A stretch of DNA of 64,000 bases from an uncultured Planctomycetota bacterium (GCA_963849325.1 CAWKHF010000005.1:480001-544000); one strand, 5' to 3'. Numbered from the stretch's first letter, positions 33,244 through 44,968 are shown. A program made the numbers and translations. The notes: generated by a model not told the origin, from the sequence alone.

Positions 33244-34461
33244 ATGAACCGATTCACGGTATCTTTCGTCGTGCTGGCCGCAGCGGGCGGCTGCCTCGGG
33301 GTCGATCGGGATGATGCGTATTATGACGCGCCCCCGAAGACGATGGCCCAACCTTGGGTCAGCTCGCAATCGAGTTGGCGCAACTCGGATGGCAAGTCCC
33401 TTCAGGGCGGAGCTATAAACAGCGGATCGAGTACGACCGCCTACGCGCCCGCGACGACCTCGACGTCCCGAACGAGTGCCGCTTGGTCCGGCTCGTCCAC
33501 GACGACGGCGGCCAACTCTTCGTCGTCGTCGAAGCAGACGGCTTCCAAAGTCGATTACAATTCCGAACTGGTGCGGGCCACGTACACGACGGCGCCGACG
33601 GCGAAAAAAGCAAAGCGCGACGACCGCGGCGCGACGACCGCGACCGGCGGTGCTTCGACGGCGAAAAAGAGCGCGGACGTGCTGCCGCGGACGGTCGAGG
33701 CCAAGCTGCCCGCCGTCAACCTCGGCGTCTTGCGGCTGCTCAACAGCAAGCGCGTGACCTTCCATTACGAGGTCAAGGACCCCGGCACGTCCGGAGTGTC
33801 CACACTGGAATTGTGGGGCACCAAGGACCTGCGCACCTGGAAGAAGTATGAGCCGGTCGAGCGCAAGCCGGGTGCTCTGATCGTTGAGGTCAAGGACGAA
33901 GGGGTGTACGGCTTCTCGATGGTGGCGCGCGGCAAGGGCGAGGCGGCCAAGGACCAGCCGCCGCACGCCGGCGAGGCGCCGCAGGTGTGGGTGGCCGTCG
34001 ATACCACCAAGCCCGACGTTCGCCTGCTCGGCGCCGAGTTGAACATCATGTCCTCGGCACCGGGCCTGGTCATCCGCTGGACGGCCAAGGACCGCAACCT
34101 CGGGCCGCGTCCGATCACGCTGCTGTATGCGGAGCGCGCCGAAGGCCCGTGGTCGCCCATCGCGGCCAACGTGGACAACAGCGGCCGCTACGAGTGGTCG
34201 ATGCCGCCCTGCGTGCCGGGCAACGTCTACGTCCGCGTGCAGGCGACCGACCTGATGGGCAACGCCGGCCTGGCGCAGACGACGGTGTTGCACATCCCCG
34301 GCCGACCGACGGCGAGCGCTCATCGCAAGGAGTCGGCGACCACGGAGCCACCGCGACTGGTCAGCGTGCCGGAGCCGCCGACTGTCGAGCCGATGCTTCG
34401 TCCCGTCGCCGCCACCATGATCTGCCCGTCCGTGTCGATCCTGTCCGTGGACGGCGAGTAA
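33244..34461 (+). CDS. Putative lipoprotein with Ser/Thr-rich linker and beta-sandwich domains
   Basis: VVLAAAGGC lipobox-like end of signal; S/T-rich stretch; ELWGTKD..W, VDTTKP, NSGRYEW, VRVQATDLMGN. Confidence 0.8.
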   Translation: MNRFTVSFVVLAAAGGCLGVDRDDAYYDAPPKTMAQPWVSSQSSWRNSDGKSLQGGAINSGSSTTAYAPATTSTSRTSAAWSGSSTTTAANSSSSSKQTASKVDYNSELVRATYTTAPTAKKAKRDDRGATTATGGASTAKKSADVLPRTVEAKLPAVNLGVLRLLNSKRVTFHYEVKDPGTSGVSTLELWGTKDLRTWKKYEPVERKPGALIVEVKDEGVYGFSMVARGKGEAAKDQPPHAGEAPQVWVAVDTTKPDVRLLGAELNIMSSAPGLVIRWTAKDRNLGPRPITLLYAERAEGPWSPIAANVDNSGRYEWSMPPCVPGNVYVRVQATDLMGNAGLAQTTVLHIPGRPTASAHRKESATTEPPRLVSVPEPPTVEPMLRPVAATMICPSVSILSVDGE

Positions 34462-34467
34462 CGGTAT

Positions 34468-34536
34468 GGCGAACGGCCGGCGTCAGCCGGCTGGTTGAGG
34501 CGTACTCAACCAGCCGGCTGACGCCGGCCGTTCGCC
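34468..34536. repeat. Long perfect palindrome / bidirectional terminator
   Basis: GGCGAACGGCCGGCGTCAGCCGGCTGGTTGAG arm and its reverse complement at the junction of convergent genes. Confidence 0.85.
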
Positions 34537-37500
34537 GTTAGTTTGTGCAGACGAACGATCCAGGGCCGGGCCTCGTCGTTCCGGCCGCGCCGCCGCAAGC
34601 GGTCGATGTGGTGGGCCAGGTATTCCGGGTTGTCTCGGTCCAACCCCAGCAAATCGAGCATTTTTTCGTGGGCCGCGTCTTCGTTGCCGTCCATCTCATA
34701 CAGCTGCACCAGGCGGAGCAGTTCCTCGGAAGTGAACGGCTCGATTCGGCCCGACTCCTCTAGCTGTCGCAGGGCCGCGCTCCTCTCTCCCGCTCGGGTC
34801 GCATGTACGAGGAGACGGGCGCGGCGGCCGAAAACGGTGTCTTTCTCTGGTCGGGAATGGTCATCGAGCAGGGCCAGCGCCCGATCGTAGCCCCCCCTCA
34901 CCCTGCCCTCTCCCCCCGAGGGGGGAGAGGGTTGGGGTGAGGGGCCAAAGGCGAGGAGCAGGGCGAGCTGACGGCGGGCCCATGCCTGGTTCCCGGCGGC
35001 CACGTTCGCCTCCGAGGCGATCATGCGGCGCAACAGCGGCTCGGCCCGCGCGGGCTGGTTCAGACGCAAATGGAACTGCGCCGCGCGCTGAAGGACCAAG
35101 CCGTCCTCCGGCGTCTGCGCCAGCGCTCGGGAATAATGCTCGCCGGCGACGTCGCGTTGTCCCAACGTCTCGGCGCAGACGGCCAGGGCCAGGGGCATCT
35201 GGTCCGGCGGCAAGCGGCGCCGCATCTGCTCTCGAACATCCTCTGCCTCGGCTCGCTGCTCCGCTCGGGCCAGATGGGCGACCAGGGCGATCCACGTTTC
35301 GGCGAGGTCATCGCGTCGCCGCACCGCCTGGCGCAGCGCTTCTTCGGCCTCGGTCGGCTGTCCGGCCAGGGCCAGCGTCTGACCCAGCCAGATGAGTTTC
35401 GGATAATCGTTGCTGTCGGCCGGCACCGCCAGGCGCGCCAGTTCGGCCGCTCGCTCCGCATGGTGTTGCCGCAGGGCGATCTCCGCGCCGAGCCGAGCCA
35501 GTCCGGCCGGCGGCGCCTGCCGCTGCTGGAACTTGCGAATCACCTCGTCGGCGTCGTCGAGCCGGCCCTGCCCGACAAGGAGGCCGACCAGACGCTCGAC
35601 GACGCCCGGCCGTCGCTCGCCGGCGCGGAACGCACGCAGGTAGGCGTCGGCGGCGAGGGCCGACTCACCGTCCAACTCCCGGACATACGCCTCCAGCAAG
35701 GCGCCGCGCGACCAGTCCGGCCGGCGGCGGCGGATGTCCGCCACCAGTGATCGTGCCGCGTTCAAGCCGCTCGGATCGTCGCGCCGCGCGCAAGAGGAGC
35801 CGGGCCGCCTCGCCATAGCGCCACCATGTCCCCTCCTCGCCTTCCAGGCGGCGCACGTCCGCCGTCACCTCGGCGAGCAGGGTTTCGTCGCCGCCCTCCA
35901 GCGCCAATTCCAGCAGCGTCCGGCGCGAAGCAAGGTCCGCCGGCGCCCGTCCGGCGAGCAACCGGCATACTCTCTGTCCGTCCGCCGGCTCGCCGAGTTG
36001 AAAGTACGTCGCCGCCATCTGCTCCAGCAGGCGCGTCTGCTCGTCCGCCGGCAATCGATCCAGCTCCTTCTCGCGCTTCCGCAGAGACTCCCGCGCCGGA
36101 CGCGGGTCGCGCCCCGCCATCAATTCAACCTCCGCCCGGTACAGTTCGGGCCGCGAACCGAGACGGTGGCGCGCTTCGTCCAGGATGTGGGCGGAGCGCG
36201 CCGCCTGCCCCTGCTGCAGGGTCAGGTCGGCCAGGGCCATCGACAGCTCGGCTTGCTCCGGATGAGCGGCGATGGCCTGTTCGAGCAGGGTCTTGGGCCT
36301 CCTCGGGGCGGCCGTCGTCCACGAGGAGGTCGGCCCGCAGGATCGTGAGAGGGACTTCCAGGACCGGCAGACGCGCGGCGTGCTCCAGTACGCGCTGCAC
36401 TTCCGCGTGCGGCCGCTTGCGCGGCGGCAGCGAGCGGTTGCGTTGCACGAGGAGCCGGCCGAACAAGACCCAGCTCTCGTCCGGCGCCTGCGGCAGCTGG
36501 ACCGCCGCCCGGTACTGCTCCAGGGCGTCGTCGATCTGCCCAGCGTTTCGCAGTGCCGCGGCCAGACCCAGGCGGGCCGGCGCGGAGGACGGGTCCAGGA
36601 CGACGGCCTGGCGCAGCACGGCCAACTGACGGTCGCTATCGCCCAGCTGCTCGTGGCAGCGGCCGAGGGCGAGTCCTGCGCGACTGGCCACGGCCGGCGC
36701 TGGCGGGCGACTGCACGACTTCCTCCAGCGTGCGGATCGCCTCGTTCCATTGCCGTCGAGTCATCCGGAGTCGGCCGTCGAGATAATGGGCCAACCCCGG
36801 CGGAGCGCCGGCGCGGCGGAGTCGCTGAATCACCTCCTCGGCCGCGTGCTCGTCGCCGCTCTCCAGGAGCGTCTCGGCCAACAGGTGCAGCAATTCCGGC
36901 TGATCGGGCAGCGTCTCCAATCCCTGTCGCAGGCAGGCGACGGCATCGGATGGTTTATCGCACCTCAGCTCCAGCGCGGCCAGGGCAAGATGCAGGGCGA
37001 CGTGGCGCGGATTTTTCTCGCGACCATGCCGCAGACAGCGGCGTGCCTCGTCGAATTGGCCGCGCCGTCGCGCCAGCTCCGCCGCCGCCAGCAGGACGCG
37101 CGGCTCGTCGGGCGCCAGTTCGCGGGCGCGGTCCATGTCCCGGCCGGCGTCGGCCGGCGAGCCGTGATTCATGCGATGCCGTGCCCGCGCCAGGTACGCC
37201 TCGACGGAACGGCCATTGTTGGTCACCAGGTCGTCGAGGACACGGCCGACCTTCTCCGGTTGATCGACGCGGTACTGGAGCAGATCCGCCAGGCGAAGGT
37301 AAGCTCCCACCTGCGCCGGGTCATCGCGGAGGGCGTTCTGATAGGACGCGACCGCCCGCGGATAGTCTCCGGCCGCTTCCTGACATTGGCCGAGTAGCGT
37401 TTCGAGTTCGGCCTGCCCCGGCTGTTCGCGGAGCAGCACTTCCAGATGCCGGCTCGCCTCGGTGTACCAGCCCAGCCGCGCCGCCAGAAGCGCCAATCGC

Positions 37501-37835
37501 CGGCGGATGTCGTGGCGCGACGGCTCTTGATACAGGGCTTGCTCGTACACCGCCACGGTGCGCCAGCGCTCGTGGTTGGAAGTGGCGAGTTGTTCCAGGA
37601 TTTCGCCGTAGCGGACCCGTGTCGCGTTGTCCTTCGGCGCGAACACGAGATAGCGCCGCAGACGAACGATGGCCTGGTCGAGCCGTCCGTCCGCCTCGGC
37701 CTGGCACGCCTGGGCCAGCAGGGTGCGGGCGTGGCGCCGCATCTGCCAGGAGTGCAGCAGGAAGGTGGCGCCGGCCGTGACGGCCAGCGCGGCGAACAGG
37801 ATCGCCAGGAGCCGGTAATTGATCTGTTTTTTCAT
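34506..37835 (-). CDS. Large TPR-repeat protein with N-terminal membrane anchor, ~1100 aa (frameshifts ~36690, ~36290, ~35800)
   Basis: MKKQINYRLLAILFAALAVTAGATFLLHSWQ; continuous TPR pattern across frames; directly downstream of the PEP-CTERM gene (PrsT-like position). Confidence 0.85.
34891..34946. repeat. Family C box repeat inside the TPR coding sequence
   Basis: CCCCTCACCCTGCCCTCTCCCCCCGAGGGGGGAGAGGGTTGGGGTGAGGGG, read in frame as GPSPQPSPPSGGEGRVRGG. Confidence 0.85.
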
Positions 37836-37843
37836 TGTGCGCG

Positions 37844-37947
37844 AGGGAATAGGGAATAGGGAATAGGGAATAGGGAATAGGGAATAGGGAATAGGGAATA
37901 GGGAATAGGCTTCTTCTCTATTCCCTATTCCCTATTCCCTATTCCCT
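37844..37947. repeat. Inverted heptamer array (AGGGAAT)9 / (CTATTCC)4
   Basis: Fills the intergenic space between the PEP-CTERM and TPR genes; same unit as 3510-3620. Confidence 0.95.
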
Positions 37948-37955
37948 CTTTCAAG

Positions 37956-39588
37956 TCAGGCGGTCGCGGCCATCGCCGTCTTGCGCCGCCACGCCAGCCA
38001 GAGCAACACCGGCACGCCGAGCAGGGCCGGCACCACGGCGGCGGGTTCGGGGACCACGTGGCCGTGTTGAGGATGCTGGTGCTGGTGCTGGTGCTGCTGC
38101 TGTTGCTGTTGTTGGATCTGTTGCTGCTCCAGGACAGCCTGTTGGGCTTGCTGGACATTCACCGTGACGGCGCCGGTTTGAACGGTTGTCGTCGGCACCT
38201 GCTGCTGAGCCTGTTGCTGGGCCTGTTGCTGGGCCGGCGTGCTGGAACTGGTGCCGGTGCTGTTGCCCATGCCGGCGCCGAAGGGGAAGAAGCCGAAGCC
38301 GCCGCCACCGCCGCCGCCACCGAAGCCGCCGCCGCCACCGCCGCCGCCGAAGCCACGGAGCAGACCGTTGCTGCCCGCGCCGATGGCGCCGACCCGTCCG
38401 CCCAGGGTGCCGGGCGCGGGCGGCAGACACGGCTCGCAACACAACGGCGTCGGCACCTGACCGTCCGCCAGCAGGTTGGACGCCCGGCCGTCCGCCACCG
38501 GCGCCGCCGCGCCGCGAGCCGGCGGCACGTTGCCGCGCACGCGCACGTCATCGTAGGCCGGCGGGCAGTTGGACGTGAAACCGAACAACGTGCTCCGCTG
38601 TCCCGGATGGGTGCCCGCCACGCCGGGCAGCAGGGGTTCCTCGGTCCAGTAGGCCACCACCGCCGGAGCGCGCCGCAGACCTTCCATCATGCCCACCGGA
38701 CCCATGCCGGCCATCGGTCCCAGTGGGCGGAAGGGACTGTAAAAGGGACTGGCGAGGTTGGCGGACGGCGCCATCGGCCCCATGATCGGCAGCATCCCCG
38801 GCAACATGCCTCCCGGTGCCATCAGGATCGGTGCTCCTTCAAAATTGGCCATCATTTGCAGCACGACCCGTTCCGGCTCGCGGCCGGTGTCCTCGCCGTC
38901 GGTCAAGGGCGCCGGCTTGTTGTTCAGTTGGATGCCCGAGACGCCGTAGGGCTTCGGCGGATGGAAGAACGGAGCGGGATTGCGATACAGTCCGTCCGAC
39001 ACGCCCGGATGATCGGTGGACACCGGCAGGACCATGCTTTTAGTTTTAGGATTTTTCGGGTCGAGTTGGTCGAATTCCATCGTGAAGCCCAGACCTCGCG
39101 TCGCCGCTTCGCCCTTCTTTTCCGCCTTTTCCGCGAAATGGCCCCAGGAAGTAATCAGGTGCGGCGGGATCAACAATCGAATGGCCGCGCTCTTGATCTG
39201 GGCATCGCGGTAGCTGTCGTTGATGACCTGGTAGGTGTACAGGAAACGCGCCGTCGTATCGAGCTTATCGGAGCCGCGGCCGCGCGACGCCTGCCCCGGC
39301 ACGAAGGCACGGGTGAAGTTTTTCACGCCGGTGCCCCACGGATCGTTGCCGTCGTCGCCGCCCAGCTCGTAGACGCGGAAATAAACCGTCGCGCCGATGG
39401 GCATGCCGTCCGCGCTCGTGGTCGGCGTCCTTGATGGGACCGGCCGGCCCGGTGGGCACGCCCGGCCGTGTATATCCGGTGAACTTCGTTAGCTCTTCCG
39501 CCCGCGCCGCGGACGGCGCCAGAGCGAGGACCAGGCCGAGCGCCAGTGCCCCACCCCTCCTCGACCGCTCTGCATTCATTGTTTTCAT
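37956..39588 (-). CDS. PEP-CTERM sorting-domain surface protein (frameshift ~39410)
   Basis: Signal peptide (ALGLVLALAPSAARA); C-terminal VVPEPAAVVPALLGVPVLLWLAWRRK; Gly-rich, poly-Gln and (QH)n tracts. Confidence 0.92.
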
Positions 39589-39752
39589 GGCCGCCGTTCT
39601 TTCTCGCAAGGTACACATGGGATGACCGGATTCGCTTCGCTCCCCGAGGAAAAGCCGTCTCCCGATTCCTGCCCCACCCGAATGATCCGTGCAACCTCCT
39701 GGGGCGACTGCCGGGACGGCACATCGACAGTCTGGTATCATTGGACACCCCA

Positions 39753-41147
39753 TTAGAGCACTTGCTGTTCCTTAACGTCTGTCAAGTAATATTTTGAACC
39801 CACCGACTCTACTTTTTTCTCTTCGCGCCGGTTTGGTGCCTCCCTCTGCACCACACATCCGTTTGGGGTGTACAGGTTCACTTGCGGAGTTAGTAAACCG
39901 CGCTTCGGTTCGTTAACATTTTGACGTCGCCATAATTTCGTCCATCCCAGAGCGGCGTAAATCATCAGGAAGGAGAGATTTGCGTCCCGGAAACGCGGAC
40001 TGCCCCAGAAAACAAGGGCCGTCCCGAGCGTCGCCAACATGACGCCATGCACGACCAGCCAGGCCGGTTGCCGGTACACGCGCTGACGCACGCATCCGGC
40101 CATGCCTATCAGGATCAACAGCAGAAAGGGCACATAACCGAGTATGCGCCAACACAAAAACCAGCGCGAACCACCATCGAAGTCCGGCAGCCACAAACAC
40201 AGCCGCGCCACCTTGTACACACCCAACAGCGGTACGGAACCGGGATGTTCGCGCAGCCAGTCGATTCCAAGCTTCCATTCCATCTGATCGTGGGCCACCT
40301 CCGTCGGCGTGGCCTCGACCCAATCGCGGTGCGGCAGTTCAGTCGTGGAGATCCAGCTGCCCAGCCGGCGGAATTCGTGGGCCACGCGCTCGTTGTTGCC
40401 GCCGTAGAAGGTGGAGCCGCCATTGGTGGCGACGAGCACGAACCGGCCGTGTACCTGCTGATTGCGGAGTGTCCACGGGGCAACACAGGCAAAAAAGGCG
40501 AACGAGAACACCATCGCCGGCAGCAGGCGCGGTCCCTTCCGCCGCCCCTGCGCGATGACGAGGACGGCGAGCAGAATGGGCCACAACAGAAGGGCAAACG
40601 GTCGTGTCAATGTCGCCCAGCTGAACGCCAGCCCCGCCAGAATCAGCAAGCTCCGCGAGTCGCGCCTCAAGGACAACAGGAACAGCCATCCTCCGAGCGT
40701 CAAGCATGGCACGAACAATCCTTCGGAGAGGAAGCCGGCGGAGAAATAAACGTGCGGCAAATAAAACGCCGCCATCACTCCGGCGATGCGGGCCGTGCCC
40801 TCTGGGACCAGTTCGCGCGCCAGCAGATACGTCAGCACGCATGCCAGCGCTCCGAGACCACACAACGCCACGTAGACCAGCGGAATGCAGGGACCGGCCA
40901 GTGTGTAGACGCCGGCCAGGAACAGCGGCCAACCCGGTGCCCGAAAGGACGTCGGCAAGCCCTGGTCGTTGACGTATCCCTCGCCCCGACTGACGCGCAG
41001 AGCGAGGTTGTTAAATTCCACATCGTCGGCCGAGGCGATGCCGCACGGCCCCTTGTTTGGGTCGCGCATCGCACAGACGAACGCCGCCCGCACGGCGAAC
41101 GAGACGACGAAAAGCAGCACGAGAAACGTCGAGGTCTTCCGGCACAT
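39753..41147 (-). CDS. GT-C fold glycosyltransferase (GT39/ArnT/PMT-like)
   Basis: Multi-TM; DDVEF, FRAPGWPLFLA, LSEGL, LTRP, PWTLRN, TNGGSTFYGGNN, PRFR. Confidence 0.85.
   Translation of the reverse strand: MCRKTSTFLVLLFVVSFAVRAAFVCAMRDPNKGPCGIASADDVEFNNLALRVSRGEGYVNDQGLPTSFRAPGWPLFLAGVYTLAGPCIPLVYVALCGLGALACVLTYLLARELVPEGTARIAGVMAAFYLPHVYFSAGFLSEGLFVPCLTLGGWLFLLSLRRDSRSLLILAGLAFSWATLTRPFALLLWPILLAVLVIAQGRRKGPRLLPAMVFSFAFFACVAPWTLRNQQVHGRFVLVATNGGSTFYGGNNERVAHEFRRLGSWISTTELPHRDWVEATPTEVAHDQMEWKLGIDWLREHPGSVPLLGVYKVARLCLWLPDFDGGSRWFLCWRILGYVPFLLLILIGMAGCVRQRVYRQPAWLVVHGVMLATLGTALVFWGSPRFRDANLSFLMIYAALGWTKLWRRQNVNEPKRGLLTPQVNLYTPNGCVVQREAPNRREEKKVESVGSKYYLTDVKEQQVL
39757..39773 (-). promoter_or_regulatory. 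Putative sigma54 promoter for the PEP-CTERM gene
   Basis: AAGGAACAGCAAGTGCT = GG-N10-GC, ~170 nt upstream of the ATG at 39588, with AT-rich DNA upstream. Confidence 0.5.
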
Positions 41148-41165
41148 GATTATTCCCCATATTTG

Positions 41166-41245
41166 AACCACGGATAACACGGATAAGAAAAACCGATTTG
41201 GTTATCTCTTGTTTTTTATCCGTGTTATCCGTGTAATCCGTGGTT
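41166..41245. repeat. MITE-like element with 9-mer arms (AACCACGGATAACACGGAT..ATCCGTGTAATCCGTGGTT)
   Basis: Inverted arms; same terminal AACCAC.GA as 26050-26178. Confidence 0.75.
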
Positions 41246-42400
41246 AAATTATTAGAGTGAAGTCGAGCGCGTCGGCGATGCGACCACGCCAGTCGGCCTC
41301 GGCGGCCTTGACGAGGTTGTACATCTCGCGGGCCGTGACGTAGTGATAGTGAAAGCGCGGGTTCTCGCGGGCGCGGCGAGCCAGGTCTTCGTGGAAGCGG
41401 ACCATCGGCTCGCCGAGCAGGACGTCGTGATTGGCCTCGTCGCCGCCGTGCGTGTGCAGCTTGACGAAGAACCAATCCGGCCGCGACGGCACCTGCACGC
41501 GCGCTTGCAGCCAGCGGTCGAGCCGTTCGATGCACGCCGGCTGGCTGCCCTGGATGCAAGCGTTTTCCAGGCGCGGCAACAGGCCGAACTTGCGCCGGCC
41601 CCAATCCAGCAGCAGCGGACCTTGAATGAGCATCAGGGATCGCTCCGGCGCCGGCCCGGTCCCCACATCGATGCCGGTATCATGCGACTTCGGCTGGCAG
41701 GGATCATCGATTGCATAATAGATGCTGTTGATCTTGCGCGTCTGTGCCGCACTGGGGGCCGAGGGCAGCGTGAAGTCAGCGTAGCAGCCTGTTTCGCGTA
41801 GCACGTCCAATTCGTTGTTGACGCCGCAAAATCGGCCGTTCGGCTGCGAGTTGTCCAGCGCCCAGTTGCCGTGGATAAAGCCGTAGAGCAGTTCGCCCGT
41901 GAGGCGGTGGCGCGACAACAGACCGTGACGCTCGTGCAGCAACTTCTTGAAGGACAGCAGCGTTTGCCGCAAATTGTCGGCTGTGTCGCCGTCGTGGTGC
42001 AGATGGATTTCCACCTCGCCGAAACCTCGGCGGCATAGGTCCGCCAGGGCGTCGAGATACTCCGGCTCGTATTCCTCAATGGGGTAGAAGAAGGTGTGCC
42101 GCGGCGTGCGGCCGTCGCTGTCGCGGAAGCGGCCGAACTGTCGAGGATAGTCCTCGACCCAGCGGCGGACACGGGCGCGGCTGACGTCCGCGGCGCGGCC
42201 GATACTGCTTGGGTTCGTAATGGTCGGCGATGCACAGCAGCAGATGGACTTCCTCGTCCGGCCGCGGCCGGCGGCGGCGAGGTCTCTCGTTCAGATACGG
42301 CACCAGCCAGCGATCCACGCCGCGCCGGCGCAGCTTGCCACGACAGGCAGCCAAGCACGAGCGCCAGGACCGAGACCACACCAAGAAGGGCGATAAGCAT
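41244..42400 (-). CDS. Conserved-looking hypothetical protein in the EPS locus, possible metal-dependent carbohydrate esterase (frameshifted)
   Basis: N-terminal [51 protein letters not shown]. Confidence 0.7.
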
Positions 42401-42447
42401 GATGATTGTTCCCTTCCATTGAAAAATGAAAATTAAAAATTGAAAAA

Positions 42448-43638
42448 TCAAAGACAGCTGGTGTTTTCATTCGGCATTCGGCATTCGGCATTCGGCATTG
42501 AATAAGCGGTCTTGTGCCAACTCTGTTCTGCCTTGCCCGACATCCAGACCCAGAACGCCAGCCAGGCGGCGCTGTTGAGGACCAGGAACGACCCGGCCGC
42601 CGAGGCCAGCCGCGACCGCGCAGCCACGGCCGGACACAAACCCAGAAGACCCAGCAGATAGAAGGCAGTCTGGGCGACGACGGTCATCCGGTAGAGTGGA
42701 CCCGGCAGCAGAGCACTGGCGATGAAAAGACCGGCGAGGGCCCACGGCACCAACAGACGGAGCAGCTTGTGCGAAACGAACTGGAGCCAGATCGGATTGC
42801 GTCCGGGCAGCAGTGCCACCGGCAGCCGCGTCGAGCAGCTGGAAGTTGCCGCTCAGCGTCCGTACCTTGCGGCGAAACTCGTCGCGCGTCCTCGACGGCA
42901 GCCGATCGTAAGCGATGGCGCGGCGGTCGTGGATGACGCGGAAACCTTGCAGCGCGACGCACAGCGGCCAGTAAACGTCATCGAGCAGCGTGCCCGGCGG
43001 GATGGCGCAGAACAGCTGCCGGCGCACGGCGCTGATTGCCCCGGTCGCGCCGACGACGGACCAGACGCGGCCCTCCAGCCGCCGCAGCATTTTCTCATAG
43101 CGCCAGTACAGCGCCACGCCGGCCAGCACGCCGTCGGCGTCGCGCAACAGCAGATCGCCGCTGACCGCGCCGACGCTCGGGTCGGCGAAGTTCTCCAGCA
43201 GCAAAAGCAAGGCGTCCGCCTCCCAGGTCTGCCGAATGTCGGCGAAGACAATGATTTCGTGCTCGGCCAGAGCGCAGCCCGCGTTCAGCGCCGCCGCCTT
43301 GCCCACGCGAGCCGGCAACTCGCGCACACGCACGTTGCTCTTGGTGTGCGCCGCGCCAGCGGCGCCGTGCCGTCGGTCGAGCCGTCCGAAACCACGATCA
43401 CCTCGCCGCTCAACCCGGATGCTTCCAGTAGGCCGGTCAACTCGGTCAAGCGCCGATCGACGTTTTTTTCCTCATTGTGAGCGGCGATAACGATCGACAC
43501 GGAGCGCGGCGGTGGGCCCAACGCACACACCGGCCGGCCGCGCCACCGGGCCAGCAGCGCCAGCAATAACGGATAGGCGACGTAGGTATAGACCACGCAG
43601 GCCGCACACAGCCAAAAGGCGATCTCGACGAAGCGCAT
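42448..43638 (-). CDS. Membrane GT2 glycosyltransferase, CESA-like (frameshifts ~43345, ~42835)
   Basis: YTYVAYPLL, IAAHNEE, VSDGSTD, GKAAALN, GATGAI, DDVYWP, EFRRKVRTLSGNFQ, SHKLLR. Confidence 0.9.
42468..42499. repeat. (CATTCGG)4+ heptamer tandem at the 3' end of the GT2 gene
   Basis: Visible tandem units; adjoined by AT-rich TTGAAAA-type units at 42419-42447. Confidence 0.85.
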
Positions 43639-43667
43639 CACTGTTCCATCCGGGTGAGGTCCGGCCA

Positions 43668-44968
43668 TCACGCGGGAAAGGCCGAACCGATCTCGATGTT
43701 GAAGCGCTGGCGCAGGTCCGTGTGCGCGATTTCCATGCGCCGCCGATCCTCGGACGACACGAGGCATGGATCGGGCTGCCAACACAGGGGCGCCAGATCG
43801 CAAGTCCATTCCTCGCCGACCGCGAGCTGGTGTTGCTTGATGATCTCGTTGAGGACGGCGCTGCTGCGAAAGCAGGAAATGTGTTGTTCCGCCCAGGCCC
43901 GCGGCGAGTAGCGGTCGGATTGGGCGATGAACTCCACGAGTTGCCCGGCCAGGTCGTCGTCGCGCAGCAGGCGTCCCGTGCGCGGATTGATGAAGGCGCG
44001 CGAGCCGATCTCGGCATGTTCCAGCAATGCCGCTGGCGTATCGGCGAACAGCGATTCGGCCACGACGACGCACGAACCTTCCCGCCGCGACAGGATCACG
44101 CTGGCCCGCGAACGACACAGGGCGTCCACCACTTCTTCGTAGCGAGCGTTGCTCAAAAGCCGGAAGCGGTCGCGCACGCCGTAGCAGTCGGCCGCCGACC
44201 GGATCGTCTCCGCCGTGCGCGAATCCTGGTCCTGGCCAATCAAGAGGATGCGCAGATCAGCCGGCATGTTGCGGATGGCCTTGAACAGCGCGTAATGCCG
44301 TTTGAACTTGGCGAAGTTGGCGACCATCACCAGGTCGATGTCGCGCTGCGAACGCGGCCGCGGCTGGAACAGGTCGGGGTGGACCCAGCTGGAGGCGTAC
44401 AACGGAACGACCGCGTAATTGGGGGCGATGCGCGGAAGAATGTCTTCCTCTTCTTGATGGCTAATCAGGGTAAAGATGGTGGAAGGATAAACCGTGGGGA
44501 AAACATAGTTAATGATATTGTGGGGATCGCCGCTGGGTGCGACGACGAGATTATAGCGACGGGCGAATTCTTCCAGTTTGCAATGGATAAATAACTTGAA
44601 CCACTCACCCTCGAAGGAAATGAACAGAACGCCCTTCTCGCGTTCGCTGATGCAGGGTTTGAGGAGGACCGCCTTGGCGATGTGACGATTGTCCAGGTCG
44701 GGCACGAATTCGGTCCAGTCCACGCGCTCGGGCGCATCCGCCAAACCTGTTCCCGAATGCGGCCGATGCGTCGCTGTCCCTCCTCCGGTGAGGCCAGGCG
44801 AGCGGCGGCGCACAGGGCGCGGACGGAGCGGGCGAGGGTCTGGTCGTCGCCGGGGTTGGCGCCGGCGTGGCGCAGCCAGGCCCAGCTGCTCAGCCAACGA
44901 CGCACGCGCGGATGGTAACGAAGGTGGTCCTCCCCTTCGATCGCACAGCGTTTGAGCCAGGAAATCAT
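43668..44968 (-). CDS. Divergent GT-B (GT4-like) glycosyltransferase (frameshift ~44735)
   Basis: MVANFAKFKRH, SRREGSCVVVAESLFADTP; ATG at 44968 overlaps the stop of the upstream gene. Confidence 0.75.
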
